A stretch of 64,000 nucleotides of DNA from Antedon mediterranea. Taxonomy: Eukaryota; Animalia; Echinodermata. The DNA lies in the NCBI RefSeq assembly GCF_964355755.1, contig NC_092676.1, forward strand, positions 21,408,871-21,472,870, written 5' to 3'. The notes under the pieces are model-generated. The model was not told the origin of the DNA and did no database searches. It saw only the letters and a program-made list of their open reading frames with translations. Shown here in pieces: positions 39,898 through 51,325 of this stretch. Positions within the stretch are counted from its first letter, which is position 1, and every line of letters starts with the position of its first letter. Position numbers and translations under genes: made by a program.

Positions 39898-42070
39898 TGA
39901 CAATAATCCCAAAAACTACACTCAGTTGGGGTAAGAAAAACAAAACAGACTTTGAATATGTTATTTTATAGTTTTAATAAAGTTAATCACTTCCGCAGAA
40001 AAAAAAACACGAAAATAAATAATGTTTTGACCATTTTTTGCTATAAATTACGGGTTTTGTTCAGGTAAATTCATTTTTTTTGCAATATAATTTTTGGTGT
40101 GGATAACTATTATGTTACATTAAAATGGCATATTCAACAAAAAAATGAATTATTTTTTAGGGGACATACATCTTTAATGGTCAGATTTATTCAGAATCAT
40201 TCCATTTTCCATGTAGGCCTAGTGAACATTTTGAGGTACACGATAAATGGATTCATTTACAATGTATTCGTTTATTAATACATTTAATACGTTTAATAAT
40301 ATTTATACAAGATAACATAACACATTCAGAAATAATGTTGGCAATTTAGTCCTGTTTGTAACATTTGTAATTTATTCAAGATGTATTGTAAAAATGAACT
40401 TGAAGAAATTAAGATTTATAAATCAGACTTTAAATGGGTTATTTTGTAGTTTTAATAAAGTTAATACGTCTTTAAATATTCCAGGCGTTCATCTACAATA
40501 TTCATAATAAGGCAGTTAGATGTTAAGAAGGTACATTGGGAGGTTGTGTAAATCGTAGAATATCCATTTGATACAAAAGCGAGGAGGAACAATACCATTA
40601 TAGCCTTTAAACATTATTTTTAATCAACTCCACTTCTGTGGGTGTTCTCCACACATAAGTAGTAATATAAATCAATACCTTCATGTTGGTAACAAATTCT
40701 AATATCGGATGTTAAATCATTGGTACAGTAGTATAAGTATGATATTAAGTGATCATTTATCCATGACTTTTAATAACATTTTCCATCGTAAAATGATTTT
40801 AAAGGTTTCCAAAAAGTTTCATTTTATGTCTTCAACACGTATTATATACTGTTACATACTGCTGACTGTAATAGCACCGGTGGTAATAGTACATTTCGGA
40901 GATGACGATAAGGCATAGAAAACAGCCCTAAGAAATGTAAAAAAAAAATCCGCTTGTGACGTCAGACCATTTGTCAAAATATAATGATAATAATATTAGT
41001 CATTTGAATGTTTGAAGTTGTATGGTTTTTTATTGATAAAATTCTGTATTTAAAAATGCAACCATTTCGATCTTTTTTCAAATTCTATACATTGTCTATA
41101 ATTCATCAAATATCCTGTAATTTGCACTTTACAGTTGGATGTATTAAAATAAAACAATAACGTTTCACTTGAGATTAAATTCTTTTAAGACTAGAACGAT
41201 TTGTGGACAGTAACTCCATGTGATTTCGGTGGCATTTCTTACTTTTGTTTGCCTGAGCAACTTGCTTATAGTGGGCATGCTCAGACTAACAATGGTGATA
41301 GGATGGTTTGATTTGATTAAGCCTAGGCTAAGATTATACGATGGCGGTTTATTTGAATAAAATAACTCGTATCTAACTCTCCTATTATTACTTTTGTTCA
41401 AGTAAATGTACATTTATAGGTATGTATTATAAATATTTGTTTGTTAGGGTTTTCTAAATATCATTTTATTATCGTAAAAAAAAATCATACAAATATACAT
41501 CATTTTACAGAAAATTTAATAAGGAAAATTTGTTTTTTAGAAACATATTTTTATACATTTATGATAAAATAATGAAATTAATGTTTGGAAAAAAATTCAA
41601 CTTCCTGGAGTATTTCAAAAATGCTGTTTTGAAAAGAATACGGTTGAGGGGAAATGGCTCTCTCTATGGAATTTGGTACTAAGAGGGTAAACATGTTTTC
41701 TTTTTTTATATATGCAATATTCTAATCATCCGAATGTTTGCATAATATGTATTTCTGCAAATGTATGTAAATTACATTACATTGTTTACATTTTTTTATT
41801 TTACAAAGCATAAGCCTTGTTGGTGGCAGACTAGATAAAAACGATTAAATCAGAATCATTTTAGCAACAGAACGGCTTTGCAGGTTAATTTCAACGTCAC
41901 AATAGAATCCGGTCATGCCTCAATTATAACAGTGTGAAGTAACTACAAGGTAGATTATTATACTAGGCCTAATCATGGAAGAAAGGCGGTTGACCATTTT
42001 CTGATACAATGGACTAGTTATTTGTTTGGTTTGGCTAGTATACTATTAAAAGTATTTCGGTTTTCGGCAG

Positions 42071-45000
42071 TTTAAGGCTAATAATGATGTTACAAAAAGG
42101 CGATGTGGAAGAAAACCAGAAAAGCAAATCATTTGTACAAAAAGGTATGAATTATATCCGTGACAAATATTACTATTGTAACTTATTAACTTGTCTAACC
42201 AGCCTGGTTTATTATGTCACGTATTTCTTTACCTGGTAGGCTACGCCTATTCATGCTATTAGGCCTATTCATGGACGTGTCGTTAATTTATGCTTTAAAC
42301 AATCAGGAAATTCATTTTAACGGCGATTGTAATAATATTATGTACTCAATTGGTAAATGATCATCATCATCAGTAATGTTTTTATTTTCTTTTTTTTTCT
42401 TCTACAGATTTGCCGCCTCGGTTACACATTCGATATATCATTGTACTCATGTGCTGTGTTTCAAATATTTTAAACTACATCATTCGTACAAATTGGAGCA
42501 TTATCATCGTACGTCAACCAAACAAAAACAAAGTTACAGTAAAATAATGTGGAAAAGTGTCCCCTAAATAGAAGAATAGACGCTGAATATCATTTCTTTT
42601 TGATACAATGATCAATCATGCATTTATAAATTGTATAATTGTGATTTTATAAATAAATATATTCGGCTGTTCTTTACAACACACCTAAATTGACCTACAA
42701 CTTTTAAACAAATTTTTATTACAGGAAAACGCATTTGAATGGGACATTAAAACGCAACAAGTCATCTTAGGCGCATTCTACTACGGGTACTTTGTTACAC
42801 CAATACTCGGTGGATGGTTGGTTGGTAAATACGGCGGGTTCTATGTGTTATTTATTGCTTCGACTATGTCTTCTCTAATAGCTCTATTTTCTCCATTTAC
42901 TGCAAGATGTGGAATCAGCCCGTTGGTAATAAGTAGAATATTTGATGGATTTGCACAGGTAGGCCTCAGTATTTTGTAATTGTTATCGTCTATGATATGC
43001 CTATCTTAAAAATCTAGTTATATAATCAATCATTGTTTTTCTACCGGCAAACAGGGCCTAGGTTATGTTTCAACAATGGGTATTATAAGAAAATGGGCGA
43101 AATTAAATGAACGTAGTACATTTGTGTCAATTTCAACTTCAGGTAAGCAAAAAGTACACTCGACTGCAACTTTAGTATAACATTTTGAACTTACATAGAC
43201 ACAACACTGATGAATTGCGGACGGGTAATAAGACATATAGGACACATGCGCAGATGACAGCGCACAATCCCATCCCTTATACGATTAACAAGGTTAGCTT
43301 AGGCATAGTAGGCTGGCTCTATAAACATTTATCCCAGCTGGTAGTAGTAGAAAATAAAATACCATTGTTTAAGTTATTGATGCTTTACATAATAGACAAA
43401 ATAAATTAGTCCCTTCCTGGACAAACAGCGATCCTAACAGATAAAATATTATTCCTCTGATTATTTGCTAAATATATAATACTTGTTACTGTTTAATTTC
43501 AAATCACCGTTTAAGTTTGAGCGCATATGATGCAACTACTTTAAAAACAACATTTGTGTTTTGATGTTTTGTTTAGGCTACAGTGCAGGAGCAATTGTAT
43601 CTAGCTACGTATCGCCATTACTTATCACGTCACCGATTTTTGGAGGATGGCCATCTACATTTTATATATTTGGTAAGAGGCACTGACGCCACTCTATTTT
43701 CTAGACGGTTTTGTATTCCTATTATGTTTGGTACAATCCGTGTGTCATCGGGAACCACCTACAAAAACCACATTTTATCGGTACGGTTTTTCTTGTTTCA
43801 ACTTTATTTACACACTATCATAGACTAAAGTTTCATATTTGTAAACTATTTATTTCTATTTCAGGTATTACTGGAATCATATGGTGTTTATGCTGGTGGA
43901 TTGTGGGATCGAGTGACGTAACAAGTAATCGCTGGGTATCTGAATTTGAGAAAGAATCAATAAAAGAATCTCAATCAAAAGGGATGCAAACCACAGAGGT
44001 GAAATAATTGCATATTTTCATTTTAACAGTTTCTGCCAGAAGACTTGATACCCAGTGCTAGATACTATGATCATTCTGTAAGTTTGCTTATTTTTTTACT
44101 TAAAGGTTGACAGAGTAAATTGGAAGGAGTTAGCTATGTCAGCACCAGTATTGTCAATAAGTGTATTTTTTGTTGGAATTGATTTCGGTCTCTATCTACT
44201 GAGTGCAGATATCCCTATCTTTTTTGAAACAATATTACAGTTTGACATTAAAATGGTAAGACAACAAAGAATGTATATTCCACTAGATAATTACCCTCCT
44301 CTTGAATAAGAAAAGAAACAAAAGAAAAATGATATACAGGTGTAACATGTTAATAGATACAGTATGTTAGTTCTTGCATACAGGAACCACATAAGGAATT
44401 TTCTCTCCGTATTACTTTATTTCTGAAAAAACAATGGGCTGCACGAGTTCTTGAGTTCTGATTTGTTAGACATTTTATCTCGTCATAAAAAAGTATATCA
44501 ATATAATTATGACGTGTGTGTGTGCGTTTGTATATGTATGTATATGAGTATTATTTATTATTACTATGTTAAAGAAAGAAAAAAAAATGTTATTAAATGT
44601 ATATCTCTGGCTAATTTGATTAATACAATTATATTAGTTAGATTAGTTACATAATTGTGGAAAACACAGCATTTACCAAATTAATTAATTATTCACTTTA
44701 AAAAAAATGGAATTAATAATTTATAGTTTTTAATATTGTTTGATCACTGTAAGTTACTTTATTTAAACGTTCATATAATGTTGATACCTATTACTTTATA
44801 TTTAAGTGATTTGTGTTATGGTTGTATTTTTTTAAATGAATAAAAAAAATATATATATATATATATAATTATGACGAATACATTCGTGGACACGCAAACG
44901 AGAGTTCGTATGATCCATCGTGATTGTTAAAACTACTTACGGATGCATTTGTGGGAACCAAATTTAAAATAATGAAATAATGCTCTTACTTTTTTTTTGT

Positions 45001-46256
45001 TAAATATTAATATTGATCATCTTCATCTTAATTTATTTTTAAATATTAGTCAATAAAATAAGGAAAATCATTTATTTCATGTAGAGTGGCTATTTGCTAT
45101 CTGTTGCCCAGTTTGTATATTTCATTGCAATTATTTTTGGAGGAGTTGTTGCGGACAAATTAATTAATCATACTGAAATCAGCAAAATACATATACGAAA
45201 GTTATTTGTCAGTTGTAAGTATTATTTTAGATCATTTTTGACGCATTTTCTTTCTTTCATTCTTTTGTTTTATTCTTTTTACCTCTCTTTTCTTACCTTC
45301 TCTTTTCTTACATTTTTTCCAATTGTCCTTGTTACTTTCTTTTTCATTTCCTTTCTTTTCTTTTTTCCTTTCTTTTTACTTCTTTACTTTTTTTTCCTTT
45401 TCTTCCTTTTTTTTTGTTTTCCCTTTATCTTTTTTTCCTTTTCTTATATATTTTTTTCTTTTTCCATTTAATTTTTGTTCCCTTTTATGTCTTTTCTTTC
45501 TTTCCGCCTTCCTTATTTAATAAGAGTTAAGTTCAAAGTTGATTAAATTAACACGTATCATTCCTTTCTCCTGCAGTTCTTGGCTTACAATCAATTCTTC
45601 TTATTCTGATTGGATATGTGCATCATGTTTGGATCGCAGCAGTACTTATGATCATTGCATTCGGGTTGTATGGTGTTTGTATGACCACAATCTGTGCAAA
45701 TGCATTGGATATTGCACCCAATCATTCAGCTTTAGTAATCGGGATTGCCTTAACGTTTTCTGGGCTTACGGGGGTTATTGGCCCAGCAGTGGTTGGAGCT
45801 TTTACACAAACACATGTAAGTAGGCCCAAAACAGGTACATTTTTAACCTTAACTACCCTGAGAACTACGCTCGTTTGTCCCTGTTGATCATTCTTGAAAT
45901 CAGACCCGTTTTTTCTAAACTAGATTTTAATTTATTCATGAAAGGAGCGCAAATAACATCCTGCGGGATGGAGAAAGACAAAATAATGTAAACGATTTCC
46001 CATAACATAGTAAAATTAAATTTGAATTCGAACAATTTAACAATTATTTCCATTGCAACGCCCAGCTCATTTGAGACCTACTTTAATTATGTTTCAGAAT
46101 ACGATGATTCAATGGCGTAGCGTATTTTGGATTATAGCTGGCGTACAGACTGTAGGGCTGCTTTGTTTTTTGGTCTTTGGTAGTGCTGAGATACAGGAAT
46201 GGGCGAAACCTACCGATAATTCAGCTGAAACGACCTCTTTGATAAAGCCATATTGA
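42071..46256 (+). CDS. SLC17-family (sialin/VGLUT-like) MFS anion transporter, divergent; start codon uncertain
   Basis: Exons ~42071-42144, 42408-42508, 42725-42958, 43055-43142, 43577-43672, 43865-43998, 44106-44255, 45085-45214, 45577-45815, 46098-46256. Motifs RYIIV..YIIRTN, FEWD..Q..ILGAFYYGY..GG, WA..NERS, GWPSTFYIFG, LDIAPNHS, WRSVFWI, FGSAEIQEWA. Confidence 0.88.
45245..45520. repeat. T/C-rich low-complexity tract in an SLC17 intron
   Basis: Near-pure pyrimidine run. Confidence 0.85.
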
Positions 46257-46257
46257 C

Positions 46258-46516
46258 AGTATACTGGCAAGTGGCAAAGTGATGATACAGGCAATACCTA
46301 CATAGTGATCACACTGTCAACGAAATGACAATACTCTTAATACAAAGTGATCACATTGTCAACGCAGAGTGACAATATATGGCAAGTGGCAAAGTGATAA
46401 TACAGGCAATGCATAGTGATCACACTGTCAACGAAGTGACAATACTGATAAAAGTGATCACATTGTCAACGCAGAGTGACAATACTGCCAATTATACAAA
46501 GTGATCACAATGTCAA
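46258..46516. repeat. Imperfect tandem duplication in the SLC17 3' region with repeated GTGATCACA(C/T/A)TGTCAA units
   Basis: GGCAAGTGGCAAAGTGAT occurs at ~46266 and ~46381; five GTGATCAC palindromes. Confidence 0.8.
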
Positions 46517-46546
46517 TAATTGTAGAGAGCCACTATATCGACTTAT

Positions 46547-46759
46547 AAAGCCTGTTTTCCTGTCGACGTTATTCGACGCTATCGTCGTTGATCGTTAACA
46601 GTTCAACGACGATCGTTTGGAAACGATCAAGTTGAAATGATAACGATAACGAGTACCTTTTCCTGTAGGCTAAATCGTTAACATTTCAATGTTTACGTAG
46701 AAGATTGCCGATTATTGTTAACGATAGCATCGAATAACGTCGACAGGAAAACAGGCTTT
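46547..46759. mobile_element. MITE related to the 19720 element (AAAGCCTG termini)
   Basis: ~39-bp TIR AAAGCCTGTTTTCCTGTCGACGTTATTCGA... / ...TCGAATAACGTCGACAGGAAAACAGGCTTT. Confidence 0.85.
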
Positions 46760-47496
46760 CACACCTGATTCTTGTCATTTGATTGGAGGATTATTGGTCA
46801 CATGATATTAAAATAAGTACTAGCCTACATTTAATACTTACATCATCTAGCTTGCAATGTTGGTATATTCTCGTTGAATATTTTTTAATATGGACTTAAT
46901 TATTGTTGCACAATAAACAACACCAGGCTCGGCAAGGCGTGGCAGACTGAAAATCAACCTGTGTGCGCCGTCTTGAAAAAATGAAACTCTGCCTTTTGCT
47001 AATGCTTTGGACTTTACCTATACTCGTTAAAGTAGGTTTGTAAAATGTTTTATATTCGTGTAATGGAAAACAAATTATTTAATTCGATGAAACCTGCCTT
47101 CGACTCGAGAAAATATAACCGTTCATTTGTCACCTCATGACATTATTTGTACCAGTCCATTCACAACATTCATTAGACCCTGTGTACGTATAATATCACG
47201 CGGTCCACGCGGAAATAAAGTTAACTGTATTGGCATGAAAAAAAAACGTACAGTATTCGATTGTTTCTTCTGAGTTTCTATATTGATTTCACATCACCAC
47301 CATAGTCGGTATTTTTAACGTACGATAACACTTGAATGTACGGTATCCAATATCACCAGAGGAATAGAAAATGCTCTGATTATTCTTTTCTGGAATAAAA
47401 CCCCATCCAGCTACACCCCCTCCCCCACCATTTACTCCCGGAAATGTATCGATGCATGGTTGATTACGACACCGCTCGTGTAATCTACTTCCACAA

Positions 47497-47562
47497 TGAC
47501 TCATTATGACGTTACAATCGTTGGTCACCCTTGACTTATTTTTATTGACGTTGGGAAATTCC
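47497..47562 (+). promoter_or_regulatory. Motif cluster upstream of the UBL-ART gene: AP-1, two CRE half-sites, kappaB
   Basis: TGACTCA 47497-47503; TGACG at 47507 and 47546; GGGAAATTCC 47553-47562. A putative non-coding exon ends at the GTAAGT donor (47734), with an acceptor at 48184 or 48188. Confidence 0.45.
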
Positions 47563-48188
47563 AGAAATTTAAAAACAGCTACATCGGTCACCACTCACCA
47601 TAGACAAGGATAGCAGTGCACTTAGGCCCAAATAACCGATGCCTATTGACAACGTTTGCTCTGAATAGGAATGCGATGCAACCACCTTTTGCCTAGAATA
47701 CAAAAAAGGATTTTGTTGTTTGAAGAGTTATCTGTAAGTATCACAGTAGGCCTACAGTATTTAAGTTGAAATTGACAATGCATAAATAATCCGAACTCAG
47801 TGATAACCTAGGACGAACACGGAGTCAGTGGAACAATAAAGTAGTTCACCGCGGACACTAAATGTAGCCTAAACTGCTGTGTTTACCGACTGCCAAGAAT
47901 TGATAATAGAGCCAGTATTTAGGTATATATTGGCCTTTTATAAAACCATTTGTCGGATGAATACATGATGATCTATAATATAGTATCCGTTATTCTTTTG
48001 TTTTGAATTTAAAGAGGGTTTAAGTTATCGACATGGGATTGTAAGGCCATAATGATTTTCTAGATTATAGTCCTCGTATATTTGACGATTCAAGAGGCCA
48101 GCTATCTTTATCTATAGATTTATTTACTATAGGTCTATCTGTATCTTTTCCAAGAAAAATAAACCCCAATATATTATTTTTTAGTAAG

Positions 48189-49184
48189 ATGGCTGCCTTA
48201 GGGTCTTTAGAATTGTTAGCCGCCGGATTCTCTGCATCCTTTGGAGTTCAGGTGTTGCCTCCCCAAGCAGCTGCCGTATCAGATTGCAGAGGAGCAGATG
48301 GAGCAGATGAGGCTCCTCACAAACTCACAATTGATGACCTCTTTCACCTATCTCACTCGATGGTTCCAAGAGAGAAGCCCTGTACAACTGGTGGTGAGAT
48401 CGAGGTGAATTGCCGAGGGCTGATTGGAGGTACTACTACGATCAGAGTATCTCTAGGAACAACAGTATCGGAGATGAAGAAAATGGTGAGCGATAAGTTG
48501 GGCATAGAGAAGGATATTCGATTCATGTATGATAGAAACATTCTAGATGACGAAAGTACAGTAGAATCGGCAGAAATACTAAACGGTGCTACAATAAACT
48601 TTATTGTTCTGACAACAGACAGAAAACCAGAAGGTGTTTTTGAGTTGGATCCTGCTCTACTCGCTAAGAGGTTTGATCACGACTTCACCGGAAAGAACGA
48701 TGGTAATGATGTGTATATGAGAGGTCAGTATCGATATTTCCGACCATGCGGGTGGTACAGATATGCTGTTGCTGTTCAAAACGTATACGGGAATAACACT
48801 TGGCTTGGACCAAACGGCATACGTACGGGAACTTGTACTGGCGAATGGCCAGTCTCTTACCACGGAACCAAAATGAGACAGGAAGGTGCGGTTGTTGTCA
48901 AAGAGTTCCGTGGAGGTGAGTTGGAGTATATTAACGGAGTTTACAGCAGCCCGTCTTTGGCTATGATTGATGAATTCTACGCACAGATCTTTGAGTTTGA
49001 AGGAAAAAGTTACAAGATCGCTTTGCAGAATAGGATCAATCCAGATATTGCTGGTGGCCACTTGAAAATCATTCCAAAAGAGCGCACAGAAGTTGGGGCT
49101 GACTACTGGGTTTCACCAATGGAAGACCGAACAGAGAAAATATATGATGTCAGGCCATACGGTATCATCATAAAACAAGTTTAG
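48189..49184 (+). CDS. Ubiquitin-like domain fused to an ADP-ribosyltransferase-fold (NEURL4/Gig2/PARP-like, HY-type) domain; 331 aa, single coding exon
   Basis: aa ~70-141 beta-grasp UBL (IEVNCRGL..T..V...TV.EMKKMV.DKLGI..IRFMY...L.D..TV....I..GATINFI). aa ~150-331 carry RPCGWYR, EWPVSYHGT, GVYSSPS, IALQNRINP, DYWV and VRPYGIIIK. Confidence 0.85.
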   Translation: MAALGSLELLAAGFSASFGVQVLPPQAAAVSDCRGADGADEAPHKLTIDDLFHLSHSMVPREKPCTTGGEIEVNCRGLIGGTTTIRVSLGTTVSEMKKMVSDKLGIEKDIRFMYDRNILDDESTVESAEILNGATINFIVLTTDRKPEGVFELDPALLAKRFDHDFTGKNDGNDVYMRGQYRYFRPCGWYRYAVAVQNVYGNNTWLGPNGIRTGTCTGEWPVSYHGTKMRQEGAVVVKEFRGGELEYINGVYSSPSLAMIDEFYAQIFEFEGKSYKIALQNRINPDIAGGHLKIIPKERTEVGADYWVSPMEDRTEKIYDVRPYGIIIKQV

Positions 49185-50345
49185 ATGAGGGGGCCGTCCG
49201 TAAGCGACAATGTGAAACACGATTTATAGTGACAAAAAGGGACCGTTGGCCGATTTAAAGAATGAAGGACATGTATGAAATGCTTAGTTCTATTGAACAG
49301 ACATGTTTGCGTTGGTCAAGAAATATTTTCGAAGAAGTGAAAGGTTCACATATACTAAACCTTATTTTGAAATATTTCCTTGGATGCCATTTATTTTAAA
49401 ATTATATTCTTAAATCGATGTATCTTTAAGCCTAATATATATATTTCTATTGATTAAATATTAGTAAACATTAATAACGCTAAGAGCTATCGTATACAGA
49501 AAAGCAAGTGAGAATTATGTTTAACAATGTAATCAGAGAGATGTAATCGCCCTGATGTAATGTAATTGATTATATTAATAGCTTTTAGCTGTTGACGTAA
49601 TATACGTGTTATTTGACGTTTTCATTATGTAAATATGTCTTTCGATAATAGGGAAAGCAGCAGTGTCGATAAGCATGTATTTCGTGTAAATTTGCTCCAT
49701 CTTATCTAGAAAAACTACGCAAAAAAAAAAATTAACCATAGGCCTACCATAAGGTATGTTTATTCGTCCAATTGTGTTATGATTTATGTATCAGGCCATG
49801 GTAATGATATTAAGACTAACTGAGCACAACACATACTTTACATTAGCATTTATAAAATAGGTACTGTAAGTTAACTTTATGCAAAAATTGAAATAGAGTA
49901 GAGTAGCGAAGTATAAATAATTATACCTCAATTTATGGAAAATATGAAGTGCGCCCGCCTTCTGTAGCATGTAGTTTCACGTTACTTTTTTACGGATAAT
50001 ATTAACTTCCGGACATGATCTATTTTTGTAAACACTGTGTAATAAGATTTAAACAAAAAACCCGAAAGGACACGAATGCAGGCCTATATGGATTTATGCA
50101 TACTGTATATCTTAATTTTCCGAATGTACTTTGCTTAGAGTGACATACGGCACATTTCATGGCATGGACACTATCGTATAACCTTTGATTATAGAATCGA
50201 TTTTTTTCTTAGTTTTACTATTCTACAGTATAAAGCACATTGCGTTTGTTCTTTATCTGATGTAATAAACAATCAATACATTATGTACAGTAGACGACAT
50301 CCTTAACTTTAAATCAATCTGAAAACTTAACTACAAAGGAATACA

Positions 50346-51325
50346 GATCACTCCGGCCGCGCTTCAATCCGGCCGCGCTTCAATCCGGCCGCAGCTATGG
50401 AGCGCCCAATGAGTCTTTTACAACCTAGACACGTTTTTTGTAGAGAATCAAAATAAAAATTTGTAATCATACAGTATATTTTTTCTCTTTCATGATCACA
50501 ACAACATCACAAGTGTTTTAAATTAGGTCTAATGCTAAAACAAAATATTTTATGTAATAGTAATAGGCTAGTGTATTAATTGTAATGTGATTAATGAATG
50601 TAATTTATTGCAATGTACCCTATATGTCATATTATTTTTATCATATATAAATTAAAATATAAATTCATTGTAAATTGGACTGTACAAAAATGATATATTA
50701 ATTCTTGATACAATTCCAGGTAACATTAATTATACGGATATTTGATTATTTGAAATAAATTAATTAATATTGTAAATATTGTTATTAACTATAACAAACA
50801 TCAATAATAATTGATTATTTGAAATAAATTAATTAATATTTTACATATTGTTATTAACTATAATTAGTAAGTATGGGTACTGGCAAGATAAAGTGTTATA
50901 AAAATAAGGGTTTTAACTAATTTTTAATGTTAATAAATGTAAAGCTATAAAAATAAATGTACATAGAAAGAAATTAAATATTGTTATTCAAGCATTAATT
51001 AGACGGGTATTTGATTATTATTTTATTATTGAATTTAATTAAGTTAAGTTTAGTTTGAAAGAAAAAGCAGTTCCAACTTCTTTGAATGTTATTGTTAATG
51101 AAAAAAAGTAAAATTGTTGCTAATAAATATTCAATTTCAACTTAACTAGTTCCATTTAAATTCACCAAGAATTTGTTATAACACTGAACAGTATAGAAAA
51201 CGTAGATATGGGCGCTCCATACTAACGGCCCCTTTGCACAGGAAGTCGAATTGAATAGCGGCCGGAGTGCATAACATCGCGCTAAACTGATACGGCGGCC
51301 GGAGTGAAGCGCGGCCGGAGTGATC
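50346..51325. mobile_element. Non-autonomous DNA transposon with GC-rich TIR/subterminal repeats and an AT-rich core
   Basis: GATCACTCCGGCCGCGCTTCA ... TGAAGCGCGGCCGGAGTGATC inverted, with repeated TCCGGCCGC units; TATGGAGCGCCC / GGGCGCTCCATA also inverted. Confidence 0.75.

Noticed and set aside
45215-45520. Phe-rich extension of ORFs 45094 and 45323
   Set aside because: Intronic pyrimidine tract after the donor at 45214/45215.
48657-49061. Antisense ORFs overlapping real genes (also 2139, 5848, 18463, 21146, 25801, 34096)
   Set aside because: Shadow frames of true coding exons, with no independent evidence.
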